Notes: a model not told the origin generated them from the sequence alone. A stretch of 64,000 nucleotides of DNA from Sedimentisphaerales bacterium (GCA_963708075.1 OY970194.1:672001-736000); one strand, 5' to 3'; positions 11,493-21,809 are shown, numbered from the stretch's first letter. Numbers and translations: made by a program.

Positions 11493-11927
11493 ATGGCGTC
11501 TCTCATCGTGACAAGCGGAAAGCAGGAAGGCGACTACTATCCGTTGGGCCGGCGAACCAACGTAATCGGGCGTGATGAAGCGCTGTTCATACAGATCCTG
11601 GACCACATGGTTTCCAGGAAGCACTTGCAGATCCGATTCGATCCGAACGCGAACGTGTACTTCGCCTACGACATGAAGAGCCGCAACGGGGTCTATCTCA
11701 ACAATCGCAAGATCGAGGACGAGGCACCCTTGAAGGATGGCGACGTCATCCTGGTTGGTCTGACCAGTTTGTTGTTCACCGACAAGGACTTCAAGGACAA
11801 GGAAAGCGCCCTGCAGCACTACAAGAAGGTCGGCGAGCGGATGCGGGTGACCAGCTATGGCCCACATGAGATCGAGCCGGTCCCCTTCGGTCCGGGCGAA
11901 ACCGGCCAGCCCATCCCACGGGAGTAA
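11493..11927 (+). CDS. FHA domain protein
   Basis: IGR...VSRKH...DMKSRNGVYLN...LKDGDVI FHA signature. Confidence 0.88.
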   Translation: MASLIVTSGKQEGDYYPLGRRTNVIGRDEALFIQILDHMVSRKHLQIRFDPNANVYFAYDMKSRNGVYLNNRKIEDEAPLKDGDVILVGLTSLLFTDKDFKDKESALQHYKKVGERMRVTSYGPHEIEPVPFGPGETGQPIPRE

Positions 11928-11968
11928 GGCTGTCCGGAGGCCGTGCGCCGCCAGGCCGGAGTGCTTTG

Positions 11969-12880
11969 TCAGCGATGCCGCAGCGCGACAGACACCTGTG
12001 CTTCGAGGAAGCCCCAGCCGATCCCAAGGCCGAAACCGACGGCGTGCACCGTGTTGGCGACAGGGCCGGCCATACCGGTCAGGCACACGAAGAACCAGAC
12101 GATCATCATCGTGACGGTCTGCGGCTGTAGCGACAGACCGGAGGCAGGATTGAATCTGCCCTGCATCCAGACGTAGCCGAGCAGCCCATACACCACGCCG
12201 GACATGCCCCCGAACGCCGGGTCCTTGTACACGTATTGGGCGACATTCGACGTGCTCGCCAGAATGAGAACCAGGAGCAGAAGCATCCAGGAGCCTTTGC
12301 GGGCCTCAATCATGCTGCCCAGGTCCCGCAGCCAGAGCATGTTGAATAGCAGGTGGAGGATGCTAAAGTGCAGAAACATGGGAGTGAAGAGCCGCCAGAC
12401 TTGGCCGTGGCGAACCTCGGGCAGGCTCTTGTCCCAGTAGATATACTTGCCATCCTCCCGATATTGGCTGATGGACAGGGGCTGAACAAACTGCTTGCTG
12501 TCGCCGAGCTTCGTGAGGATTGCCGCCATCACGCTGATAGAGATCAGGGCGATCGACAAGATGCCGACGGGGACGGGGGGGGAATAGAAGAGGGTCCTCG
12601 CGTCCACGACGCTCGCCCGTTTTGGAGCCTGTGCTTTCTCGGCCCGCTCCCTCATCTGTTCGGCGACCTTGGCGGCCTCTTCGAACACAGGGTCGGCCGG
12701 CGACTGGCGGAACTGGGCGAGCAGAGACGTGGCGGCTTCAAGATTCGTGTCGTCGATTACCCAGACTTGCCAGCGTCCGTCCTTGACCGGGTCCGTGTGG
12801 CTTTCAATGCCCCGGCTATAGAGCACGCTGCCGAAACGCCTGGTCAATGCTTCATCCTCAAAGTGGCCGATGAGCCGCAT
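11969..12880 (-). CDS. glpG: Rhomboid intramembrane serine protease with GlpG-type N-terminal domain
   Basis: WRLFTPMFLH, HLLFNM, catalytic GMSG and VHAVG. Confidence 0.88.
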   Translation of the reverse strand: MRLIGHFEDEALTRRFGSVLYSRGIESHTDPVKDGRWQVWVIDDTNLEAATSLLAQFRQSPADPVFEEAAKVAEQMRERAEKAQAPKRASVVDARTLFYSPPVPVGILSIALISISVMAAILTKLGDSKQFVQPLSISQYREDGKYIYWDKSLPEVRHGQVWRLFTPMFLHFSILHLLFNMLWLRDLGSMIEARKGSWMLLLLVLILASTSNVAQYVYKDPAFGGMSGVVYGLLGYVWMQGRFNPASGLSLQPQTVTMMIVWFFVCLTGMAGPVANTVHAVGFGLGIGWGFLEAQVSVALRHR

Positions 12881-12913
12881 GTCGTCTCTCCATATGCTGA
12901 CGCCCGCAGGCGA

Positions 12914-13768
12914 TCAGCCGGTAATTTCCTTGCCGCAATGCGGGCATCGCGGGGCCTTCTTCCGCTGCTCCAGGTCTTCCAGGAACCCCGCGCCGAGGAT
13001 GGCAGTCGGCAGGGCGAACATGGCGATCCCCAGCATCGCGGCCATGGCGCCCATGACTTTGCCGAGGACAGTTACAGGATAGATATCGCCGTATCCGACC
13101 GTCGTGAGCGTTACGGCGGCCCACCACATGGCAGCGGGAATGCTCGAAAAGGCCTTGGGCTGAGTGCCATTTTCTGCATAGTACACCAAAGTCGCCGCCA
13201 CCACAAGCATGATCAGGAGGAGGAACACGGCACTGATGAGTTGTTCTCTTTTGGCCCGGAGCACGCGCATCAGCATCTGGAGCGATTCGGAGTAGCGCGC
13301 CAGCTTGGCGACGCGCATGAGCCGCATGATCCGCAGCAGACGGAACATCCTCAGGACCCGCAGGTCCACGCTGAGGAACGGCAGGTAGAATGGCAGCACG
13401 GCCAGCACGTCCACGATGGCCAGCGGCGTCAATGCAAATCGAATGCGCCCGAGCACGGGATGCTTGTACTGAGGGTCCTCGACGCAGGACCAGATGCGCG
13501 CGGCATACTCCGCCGTGAAGATCGCCACCGAAAAGTATTCGAAGGCGAGAAACCATCCCGGGATGGTTTCGTGGACACGCTTGACCGACTCGACGATCAT
13601 AGCGGCAACGTTGAGCAGGATGAGCGCGACGATGAACGCATCAAATATCCTGCTCGTCCTGTCGCCGGCCTTGGGATGCGCCACGATCTCGCGGACGCGC
13701 CTGCGCATGCCCAGGTACGACCATCGCGGCATGTCATTCACTTCTTGCGCCTGATTCACAGAAAGCAC
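12914..13768 (-). CDS. 6-TM voltage-gated K+ channel family protein
   Basis: S4-like RVLRMFRLLRIMRLMR; filter TTVGYGD; C-terminal CPHCG; start uncertain. Confidence 0.88.
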   Translation of the reverse strand: MLSVNQAQEVNDMPRWSYLGMRRRVREIVAHPKAGDRTSRIFDAFIVALILLNVAAMIVESVKRVHETIPGWFLAFEYFSVAIFTAEYAARIWSCVEDPQYKHPVLGRIRFALTPLAIVDVLAVLPFYLPFLSVDLRVLRMFRLLRIMRLMRVAKLARYSESLQMLMRVLRAKREQLISAVFLLLIMLVVAATLVYYAENGTQPKAFSSIPAAMWWAAVTLTTVGYGDIYPVTVLGKVMGAMAAMLGIAMFALPTAILGAGFLEDLEQRKKAPRCPHCGKEITG

Positions 13769-13854
13769 ACTTAGCCCTTTCGAATTCCAATGGGGGATTC
13801 TACCGCATTCGTGCGATGGATTCCAGCCTTACACAGATGTTGACTGCTTATGAG

Positions 13855-14973
13855 CTATTTGCCCCGGGGCGATGGCTCGATAAGGCCTTTGTATTTCGTT
13901 GTGCCGCCACTGCCCTTCCCGGTCAGCTCCTTGTGCGCGCTCTGGAGGATGTTCTGCTCGAGCGGGCACGACAGGTCCGCACCTTTGACAATCCTCAGGA
14001 AACGATTCTTCCTGGGCTCGGTGAAGTCCTTGCCGGTGGATAGCGTCGCGTACACTTCGTAAAGCGCTGCGATATATATGGCGGACAGTTTCACGGCTTG
14101 TTCGTAATACGTGACGTAGCCCGGCTCCGCAATGTATTCGCGGTACATCGGGGAGTCCTCGTGGTACTGCTCGTATTCATCGGCGGCATCCCGGTAGGGG
14201 CCGCGCATCCGGGCGATCAGCAGCACGGCCAGGAGATTGTCCACGGAATTCTCGATATCGCCCTCGGATGGACAGCTTCCGTAGGTCTCCACGAAGCCGC
14301 GTTGCAGGAAGTACCGGAACCAATCCTCCGTGTTGCGGGTCGTCAGGCCGGGGATGCAATCCACCCAGTCGCGAAAATCCTGGCGGAAGAAATCGTAGGC
14401 AACCTTGTCCGGGCCGCTTGCCGCTTCCCGCCTGGCGCGATAGACCTCCTCGTACAGGAAGTAGTCCTGGAACACCTCGCACTCGCGGTGCTTCTTGCGG
14501 TTTTGACCGCTGCGATAGTAGGGCTTGGCAATCCTGTTGACCAGCGGATGGATGATCTGGTCGGCTGCGATGTGGCTCAGATGCCCCGCAATATAGGCGA
14601 GCTTGCGCTTGTCATCCGCGTCCATTTCGATCCCGTCGTCCGTTCGTACCACATCGCTGAACAGCACCCTGCACAAAGTGAGAGGAAACTCGTTGGGGAT
14701 GGAGGAGTGCAGATGGTAGGACCACGGCATGACGCCCGCGGCCTTGACGAAGCCCTCCATGAGCATATCCCAGCCGGACTGGGCCATACTCACGTAGTAG
14801 TACAGATCCGGGCCGATGCTGCCGAGGTTCATGTATTTCCAGTAGTCGTTTTCCCGCCTCTGGCCGGGGTCATCGATCATGCGTGCGAATTCCTGCAGTT
14901 CCTCGGGCCCTCTGGTTCTCAGCAGTTCGAATGCTTTATGGACGATCACCATATGAGCAATATTCGCCGGCAT
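13855..14973 (-). CDS. Zinc-dependent phospholipase C family protein
   Basis: MPANIAH, GSIGPDLYYY, GHLSHIAAD..IHP, HRECE motifs; AAGGAG RBS before ATG 14973. Confidence 0.7.
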   Translation of the reverse strand: MPANIAHMVIVHKAFELLRTRGPEELQEFARMIDDPGQRRENDYWKYMNLGSIGPDLYYYVSMAQSGWDMLMEGFVKAAGVMPWSYHLHSSIPNEFPLTLCRVLFSDVVRTDDGIEMDADDKRKLAYIAGHLSHIAADQIIHPLVNRIAKPYYRSGQNRKKHRECEVFQDYFLYEEVYRARREAASGPDKVAYDFFRQDFRDWVDCIPGLTTRNTEDWFRYFLQRGFVETYGSCPSEGDIENSVDNLLAVLLIARMRGPYRDAADEYEQYHEDSPMYREYIAEPGYVTYYEQAVKLSAIYIAALYEVYATLSTGKDFTEPRKNRFLRIVKGADLSCPLEQNILQSAHKELTGKGSGGTTKYKGLIEPSPRGK

Positions 14974-15309
14974 CTTATCTCTCCTTATGAATTCGCACTG
15001 ATCGTGCATGTCCGGATTCCACGGCAGTTTCGGACCATACTATGGTTATCGGATTTTCGCGTCCGTTTCTGCAACGCCCCCGGGCCCGGGTTAGGCTGAT
15101 GTCGGACTCCTGCTCACCGGCTATCCATCCGCGAATGGCATTATGCCCATGTACAATGGGCTTTTTGCTGACGAGCACGGACACGGCTATCTCCATATAG
15201 GACTTAGAATGGATTTGAAGGTGATTCCATGTTACATGGCTTGAGTCTGAATCGACGACCATTTGGCTGTCGGCTCGGTCATGGTAGTTTCTCGTTGGGA
15301 GGTAAGAAC

Positions 15310-16746
15310 ATGTCCACGGTACGACAATCATCAAGAGCAATTCTGGTGCTCAGCCTCATAGGCGTATTATCAGGTTACGCCTGGGCAGGCGGGCAATCAA
15401 ACACTCCACGAAGTCATGATGAATTCAGTGCAAATCAAAGCCGGATGAGCAGCCCGCGGGACCTCAGCACAGAGGGATCTGATGTGACGCTGCATAGAGC
15501 CAGCAAACTGATTGGCAGCACCGTCAAGAGCTCCGATGGCGAGAACCTCGGTACGATCTATGATATCGTGCTGACGCCGGACCTCGATTCCGTCTCGTAC
15601 ATCGCCTTGTCGAGGGGCGGAGCCTTCGGGCTCGGCCGCAGTCTGTACGCAGTGCCCTGGTCTGCCCTCAAGACAGGTGTCGGCAACAACTATTATCTGC
15701 CGATCACGGTGAGTCATCTTGAGGCGACAGAGGGATTCAAAGAGGCGTATTGGCCAAGCAGCCCCACCAGAGGCTGGCTGACAGCAGCCTCGACAACAGA
15801 AGGAATGGGGCCGGTCTATCGGGGTCCGACACGCGAAGAGAGTCGCGAAGTCCAGAACCGACGTGTCAGTAAGATCATTGGCACGAATGTGACCTATACG
15901 GATGGCAACAAGGGCGGTAACGTCAAGGATATGGTCATCTCTCGGGACAGCGGCCAGGTCGTCTATACGATCGTCTCGGATGGCGGCACTTTTGGCTTTG
16001 GCGCCAAGTTTGCTGCTGTGCCGTCGTCCGCAATCGATCTGCAGATGGAGCGAGGAGTCGCCATCGTGAGCGCGAGTCGCAATACGGTGATTGCCAACTC
16101 GTTTTCTCCGAGGCAGTGGCCGGACCTGTCAGACCCCGCTTTTGAGCAGCGTGTAGCCGTTCTGTATGGCACCCAGCCGAGCGGAACGATCCTCGGATTC
16201 GTGCCTCCGGAAAGCGACGTGAAGACGGAGCCGAAGGCGAAGATCCATGAATCTACGAAGGCGTGTCCGTCCGCGAAGCAGCATGAAGGGTCCGCGCTGG
16301 GATATCAGCCGCCCATGGAAAGCTCTGATGCGTCCGGGGCAGCCGCGCACTTTGATCCTGCGAAAGTACGCACCATTGAAGGAACAGTCATAGACATCGG
16401 CAAGTCCGCTACCCGAGCCGCGGGTGCTGACATGCTGGCTCTGCGGCTGAAGACTGCCGACGATAAGATCGTCATCGTCAATCTCGGCCCACGCGACTAC
16501 ATCAGCAAGCAGAATTTCTATGTAGTCAACGGCGATCGTATCACGGTCACTGGCTCTGAGGTGACTGTTGGCGAGCGGCCTGCATTCCTTGCGACCGAGA
16601 TCCGAAGCGATGGTCAAATCCTGCGGCTGCGGAACCCGAGCGGTCATCCGCTGTGGCTGCAACCCGCCCCCACGCATGTCGATGAAAATGAGGGGGTAGG
16701 CGAGGCGACCCACATGCCTGAAGAGCCGGGCTACGGAACATATTGA
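15310..16746 (+). CDS. Secreted protein with two PRC-barrel domains and a C-terminal OB-fold-like domain
   Basis: Signal peptide; RASKLIGSTV...GENLGTIYDIV and RVSKIIGTNV...GNVKDMV PRC repeats; C-terminal IEGTV...VNLGP...GDRITVTGS...LRNPSGHPLW. Confidence 0.75.
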   Translation: MSTVRQSSRAILVLSLIGVLSGYAWAGGQSNTPRSHDEFSANQSRMSSPRDLSTEGSDVTLHRASKLIGSTVKSSDGENLGTIYDIVLTPDLDSVSYIALSRGGAFGLGRSLYAVPWSALKTGVGNNYYLPITVSHLEATEGFKEAYWPSSPTRGWLTAASTTEGMGPVYRGPTREESREVQNRRVSKIIGTNVTYTDGNKGGNVKDMVISRDSGQVVYTIVSDGGTFGFGAKFAAVPSSAIDLQMERGVAIVSASRNTVIANSFSPRQWPDLSDPAFEQRVAVLYGTQPSGTILGFVPPESDVKTEPKAKIHESTKACPSAKQHEGSALGYQPPMESSDASGAAAHFDPAKVRTIEGTVIDIGKSATRAAGADMLALRLKTADDKIVIVNLGPRDYISKQNFYVVNGDRITVTGSEVTVGERPAFLATEIRSDGQILRLRNPSGHPLWLQPAPTHVDENEGVGEATHMPEEPGYGTY

Positions 16747-17139
16747 GAGGTGTCCATCATGGACTCTGGAGGAGTAGATACCGGGCAGTAAGGTCCGCCA
16801 GTACGAAACTGGCTTTACCATCTGCCGGGTGATATCGTCTGCAGCCCCGGAAAGCAGGTCCGGGGCTGCAGGCATGCTCATTTCAGGAGGGAGAAATCAA
16901 AAAGCCAGTCTTCCCTGTTGAAGCGAGCCTGACCTTCATCCCGCAGAACTCCACCTCATGGATTCCGGATGGCAGAAGCCCGGTGGAGATCCCTGTCAAA
17001 ACAGTCGAACTCCAGCCTGTATCAGTCTGGCCCTGGCGGGTAGAATTGGTTTGAGGCCCGAGGTTGGACTGCTAAGCCGGTATCGGCGGGCCGGGTAGTC
17101 AATCGCTGATGAATGGGTATTCTTGCTGAGGAACTGACG

Positions 17140-17904
17140 ATGATCGTGGATGCCGATTGTCACATCTCGCCCTTTCGGGAGGGCGTGCATATCAGCGCTG
17201 ATGAATTGCTGCGGCGGATGGACCGTTCGGGTGTGGACAAGGCGATTGTCTGGTTGACCCCGCCGTACAAGCGGGAGATCGACGAGTCCAACGCTTACGT
17301 GTGCCAGGCGGTCAGGGCGCACGCGGACCGCCTCCTGGGATTCGGTTGGGCCGACCCGCGGCTGGGCGTGCAGAAGGCCAGGGAGATGGCACGCAAATGC
17401 ATGCACCAGTACGGCTTCCATGGCGTCAAGATCAACGGGGCACAGAACGATTTCTACATCGACGATCCCGAGGTGTCTATGCCCCTTGTAGAAGAAATCG
17501 CCAAGGCGGGCAAGCTTCTCGCCTTTCATTGTGGCGTGGACGCCTTTGAGCGGACGCACCCGCAGCGGATCGCCAGAATCGCCCGGCGGTTTCCCGAGAC
17601 ACAGATTCTCTGCGTGCACATGGGCGGTGTGGGTTTTCCCGACATGAGCAGGGCGATGATCGAGGCGGCGCAGGAGTGTCCCAACCTGCACCTGATCGGC
17701 AGCATGGTCCAGCATACCTCCGTGCTGAATGCCGTCAAAACGCTCGGGGCCGATCGGGTCTCGTTCGGCAGCGACACGCCGTTTTCCTTGATGCACGTCT
17801 GTGTCGCCATGTACAATGCACTGCTCGACGGCGAAGTCACGCCGGAACAGAAAGCCCAGATCATGGGTGGCAATATCCTGCGCCTTCTCGGCCGTCGCGC
17901 GTGA
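17140..17904 (+). CDS. Amidohydrolase_2 family metal-dependent hydrolase
   Basis: IVDADCH, GVKI, FHCG, VHMGG, FGSDTPF. Confidence 0.85.
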   Translation: MIVDADCHISPFREGVHISADELLRRMDRSGVDKAIVWLTPPYKREIDESNAYVCQAVRAHADRLLGFGWADPRLGVQKAREMARKCMHQYGFHGVKINGAQNDFYIDDPEVSMPLVEEIAKAGKLLAFHCGVDAFERTHPQRIARIARRFPETQILCVHMGGVGFPDMSRAMIEAAQECPNLHLIGSMVQHTSVLNAVKTLGADRVSFGSDTPFSLMHVCVAMYNALLDGEVTPEQKAQIMGGNILRLLGRRA

Positions 17905-17936
17905 ACCGACAAGGACCTGCAAGGAAAGGACCAGAG

Positions 17937-18761
17937 ATGAGAGATTTGGCTCGTAAGCACAGCCGTTGTATGGCGGTTCTAATCGCGGCGCTCTGTCTGC
18001 CGTGCCTGATATGTGGCTGCAATACAGCCGGGCAGGCCGCTGCACAGAAGTGGAATCTGGTCTGGTCGGATGAGTTCAAGACGCCGGGACTGCCCGATTC
18101 GAGCAAGTGGAGCTACGAGGAAGGGTACAGGCGCAATAAGGAATTGCAGTATTACACGAAGGCCCGGCCGGAAAACGCCCGCGTCGAGGCCGGCTGCCTC
18201 GTCATTGAGACGCGAAAGGACGACTTCGAAGGCCATCCGATCACCTCGGCGAGCCTGCACACGCGCGACAAGGCCTCGTGGTGCTGCGGCCGGGTCGAGG
18301 TTCGGGCGAAGCTGCCAACCGGACGGGGCATGTGGCCCGCGATCTGGATGCTCGGAATCAACCCTGGCCATCGCTGGCCCGCCTGCGGCGAGATCGACAT
18401 CATGGAGAACGTCGGCTTCGACCCGCTCACGATCCACGCCAACATTCACACCAAGGCGTACAATCACGTAATCGGCACGAACAAAGGCAACAAGATCGAG
18501 GTCTCCGACCCTTCGAAGGATTTCCACGTGTACGCCATCGAGTGGTTCGAAGACCATATGGATTTCTTCGTGGACGAGACCAGGTACTTCACCTTCAAGA
18601 ACGAAGGCACAGGCAATGACACGTGGCCGTTCGACAAGCCGCACTACCTGATCCTCAACGCGGCCTACGGCGGCTCTTGGGGCGGCCAGAAGGGCGTCGA
18701 TGATTCCATTCTGCCCCAGAAATATTTCATCGACTATGTTCGCGTGTACAAGAGCAAGTGA
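17937..18761 (+). CDS. GH16 (laminarinase-like) glycoside hydrolase, probable lipoprotein
   Basis: LVWSDEF, GMWPAIWML, catalytic GEIDIME, IDYVRVY; lipobox-like ICGC. Confidence 0.9.
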   Translation: MRDLARKHSRCMAVLIAALCLPCLICGCNTAGQAAAQKWNLVWSDEFKTPGLPDSSKWSYEEGYRRNKELQYYTKARPENARVEAGCLVIETRKDDFEGHPITSASLHTRDKASWCCGRVEVRAKLPTGRGMWPAIWMLGINPGHRWPACGEIDIMENVGFDPLTIHANIHTKAYNHVIGTNKGNKIEVSDPSKDFHVYAIEWFEDHMDFFVDETRYFTFKNEGTGNDTWPFDKPHYLILNAAYGGSWGGQKGVDDSILPQKYFIDYVRVYKSK

Positions 18762-18860
18762 AACCTGCGCAGATGGTTGTCGACTCCCGGGTATCCAAGA
18801 AACACAGCTCTCCGGATTCCGGGTGGCAGGAGCGCACGACACTGTTCTGGCTCGCTCAGC

Positions 18861-19988
18861 TCATCTATCGGGGATCTGATTCACACGGGAGCTGCTGAAT
18901 ACGCCATGGAGCACATCGAGCTTCATGGTTTCTTCGCCTTGCGTTGGGGCGACGATGCCCCCCTCGCCAAACTCATTCCATGCGTAGATGGTGAAAGCTT
19001 TCTGTCCGGGGAAGCCTAATGGGCCTGTAGTCTGCAGGTCTTCACGCATCCTTTTGAGCACTTGGCCCCACTCCTGCCGCGTCGGGAAGGCGAAGTAGGC
19101 TCGCCGATCCGGCCATGGCCGTGGATTCCAGCCCGCGGCGACGTGAGGCAGGTAGGGGATCGCATCTTGCGCGTGCTTCTTTCGTCCCTCTTCCGTGAAC
19201 GCCGCCAACGTCGCGTAGGGGTAGTCATCCTGTCGCTGGTCCAGAGGCGGCACATCCATGTAGGTGGACGTGAAATCGAACAACTTCATAGCCCAGTGGC
19301 CTGTCGGGATTGGCTCGTGTCCCCCTACGCCACATCCGATCATCATCTCGCCTACGCCGGCTTGCCTGGCGGCTTCTCTGAGTCTGTCCAAACGCTGTCG
19401 GCACACGTCGAGGTTCTTTCCGCTCTGCACCAGGAAGTTGTGTCCGCCATGCACCTTGAACACGGCTTTGCCGCCGATTCGCAGATAGCTTGGGTGGGCC
19501 ATGCACTTGAGCCACACGGAGATGCATCTCTCCCAATCCTCGTCGCGCGTGACCTCATACCGCGGGGAGTTGCAGAAATCGATCATGAAGCGAAGCCGAT
19601 GCGCTTGTGGCGAATTCATGAAATCTGTGATGCCACGCTCAAGGTAGCGTGAATTCGGCTCCTTCTCCACACCGGGCGGATTGTAGTACCAGAGAATCAC
19701 GAAGAAATCGACGCCATGTTCTGCCGCGGCGACGATCTCGCGATTCATGGTTTCCTCGCAGTTGTATTGCCCCAACAGCGGAATCCGCTCGGGAAACTCC
19801 GGTCGCCAGTCCTCGCCCGAGCGGCTGTGCCATTTGTTCGGCATCGCCTCCCACCACCCGGGAAAATACGCGACGCCGACCAACACGTCGTCAGTTGGCG
19901 CACTCCTTACCGGTTCCGCGTCGCCGTATCCTCGCTCACACAGGCACAGCGAAAGCGCGGCAAGTGTCATTACCACCCGGTGCCACAT
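18861..19988 (-). CDS. GH99-like/WbsX-type glycoside hydrolase domain protein, secreted
   Basis: Signal peptide; VAYFPGW, PLLGQY, HGVDFF..LWY, YAWNEFGEGG. Confidence 0.7.
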   Translation of the reverse strand: MWHRVVMTLAALSLCLCERGYGDAEPVRSAPTDDVLVGVAYFPGWWEAMPNKWHSRSGEDWRPEFPERIPLLGQYNCEETMNREIVAAAEHGVDFFVILWYYNPPGVEKEPNSRYLERGITDFMNSPQAHRLRFMIDFCNSPRYEVTRDEDWERCISVWLKCMAHPSYLRIGGKAVFKVHGGHNFLVQSGKNLDVCRQRLDRLREAARQAGVGEMMIGCGVGGHEPIPTGHWAMKLFDFTSTYMDVPPLDQRQDDYPYATLAAFTEEGRKKHAQDAIPYLPHVAAGWNPRPWPDRRAYFAFPTRQEWGQVLKRMREDLQTTGPLGFPGQKAFTIYAWNEFGEGGIVAPTQGEETMKLDVLHGVFSSSRVNQIPDR

Positions 19989-20010
19989 GCCTATTGCCCT
20001 TGCTTGCGTC

Positions 20011-21531
20011 TTATCCGCCGATCAACTTCTTTACGGCCTCTTCCAGGCTCTGGTCTGCTGCTTTGAGAGCCTCGCATCGTTTGGCGTGACGATCCTGCGC
20101 CTTCTGGAGGTTCTGTCTTCGCCGTGTGACCATTCTGTGGACTTCCTTCGGCGCCACGGCGCCCTGGGACTTGTGCGCCTCTACGAAATGCATGGCGTCG
20201 AGAGCCTGCGCCAGGCCTTTGGGGTCCAGGTTCAGAGGCTTTCCGATGATTTTCACCGCCGCCCGGTCCACCACGTCCGTGTTGATGTCGGTGGCTGTGC
20301 CGCCTTTTTCCCACACCTCGTGGACGGACTCTCCGACAATGGCATGGGCAACGCGCAGGGGCAGATGAGTTTCACGGAACAGGAATGCGGCAAGCTCCGT
20401 CGCCGTGGAGAAGCCTCGCTGGGCGTGGCGGAGCATGATGTCCTTCTTGACAATCAGGTTGTTCAGCACCTTGTTGAAGGTGTTGATGGCCTTGATGACG
20501 TCAGCGACGGTGTTGGGGACGTACTCGCTGGCTTCGTAGACCTCGATCGTGTCTCCGTAGAGGGTGTTCTGAGCGCGGCAGACGATATCGCTGTAGCAGC
20601 CAAGCACCTTGCCGAGCGTGCAGCGGATCTCCTCGAAAACGCAGGGACTTTTCTTCTGAGGCATCATGCTCGACGCTTCACAAATGGCGTCGGTCAGCTC
20701 GATCATGTTGAATTCGAACGTTGCCCACCAGTGCATTTCGTTCGCAACCCGGCTCATGGGGATGGCCAGGTTGATCATCGCCGCGACCACATTCGTGGCC
20801 TGGTCCGTCGAGGCCACGCAATCATTCGTATGCTCCATCACGCGATCGAAACCGAGGAACCGGGCGGGCTTTTCCCGATCGACGTTGAAACTGGTCCCGG
20901 CAAGGGCCCCGCAGCCCAGATCGCATATGTTGATGACATCGTAGGCTTGCTCAAGCTGGACAGCGGCCCGGTCAACGGCCTCATACAGGCCCAGCAGATA
21001 ATGGCCGAACGTCATCGGCTGAGCATGCTGGTTATGGGTATATCCGGGCATCACGGCGTCACGGTATTCGTCCGCCCGGTCGAGCAGGTTCTGGCGGAAT
21101 TCCAGGGTGGCCTGGACCAGGGGCACGACCGCCTCCCGCAGTTTCATCCGGTACAGTGGCGGCGGGAGCGTGCGGCCGATATTGATATTGCCGGCGATGG
21201 ATCCAACCTTATCCATCAGATAGCGTTCAAACTGGACCCTCCACTTATAGAAATGCGGGTCGTAGCTTTGGATCATTTCCTCGATCGCCTTGTCGTCGAT
21301 GCGGCTCAGGGTCTTGAGGATCTCGTGCCCCTCGCCTTTGTCGATGATGCCCCGCTCGATGAGCATCACTGTCCAGGCTTTGTGGACCTTGGTGGCCCGG
21401 GGGATCTCGTCGTATGCCAGGGCGGCGAACGCCTTGCGACCCTCCTCCAAAGACGGTATTTCTTTCCCCCGCAGCCGGGAGTGTGTGTCGGGCTTGATGT
21501 CTCTGTAGTTTTGCACGTGCATCTTCTCCAA
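20011..21531 (-). CDS. Argininosuccinate-lyase-like enzyme (fumarase/aspartase superfamily), divergent
   Basis: MPGYTHNQHAQP, LGCGALAGT, SSMMPQKKSP, PLRVAHAIVG; lacks canonical GRSRND. Confidence 0.8.
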   Translation of the reverse strand: MEKMHVQNYRDIKPDTHSRLRGKEIPSLEEGRKAFAALAYDEIPRATKVHKAWTVMLIERGIIDKGEGHEILKTLSRIDDKAIEEMIQSYDPHFYKWRVQFERYLMDKVGSIAGNINIGRTLPPPLYRMKLREAVVPLVQATLEFRQNLLDRADEYRDAVMPGYTHNQHAQPMTFGHYLLGLYEAVDRAAVQLEQAYDVINICDLGCGALAGTSFNVDREKPARFLGFDRVMEHTNDCVASTDQATNVVAAMINLAIPMSRVANEMHWWATFEFNMIELTDAICEASSMMPQKKSPCVFEEIRCTLGKVLGCYSDIVCRAQNTLYGDTIEVYEASEYVPNTVADVIKAINTFNKVLNNLIVKKDIMLRHAQRGFSTATELAAFLFRETHLPLRVAHAIVGESVHEVWEKGGTATDINTDVVDRAAVKIIGKPLNLDPKGLAQALDAMHFVEAHKSQGAVAPKEVHRMVTRRRQNLQKAQDRHAKRCEALKAADQSLEEAVKKLIGG

Positions 21532-21582
21532 AATAAAAAATGGCTGTTTCAGCCATCGTAGTGAAACCAGAAATCCAGGAGC

Positions 21583-21646
21583 AGTCTATGGGTTATGTAA
21601 ACATGTCGAAACGCCATTTTGCGCCTTTCGACCCCCATTTTGCGCA
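21583..21646 (-). promoter_or_regulatory. AraC/XylR-type operator plus -10, copy 1
   Basis: Minus strand TGCGCAAAATGGGGGTCGAAAGGCGCAAAATGGCGTT-N21-TAGACT, upstream of the lyase gene. Confidence 0.75.
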
Positions 21647-21809
21647 CGGCATCCCCTTCAGGGGGCCAGAAAGCCATTCCGCATGGACGGACGGCGCGCC
21701 CTCGCCATTTGTCGGCTAATCTCACTTATACTCTACGGATGAGATTGCAGGCAAAAGTCCTGTTGGATGCAGCAGGGTCCAAAAGTGTGGTAGATGAGAG
21801 GTCGTGCGG

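Noticed and set aside
15310..16746. Magnetosome gene island
   Set aside because: Only one possibly shared domain, no magnetochrome CxxCH motif and no other mam genes.
16839..16871. SRP RNA, suggested by CAGGTCCGG and GAAAGCAG fragments
   Set aside because: The fragments are in the wrong order for the SRP domain IV motif; it is just a perfect hairpin.
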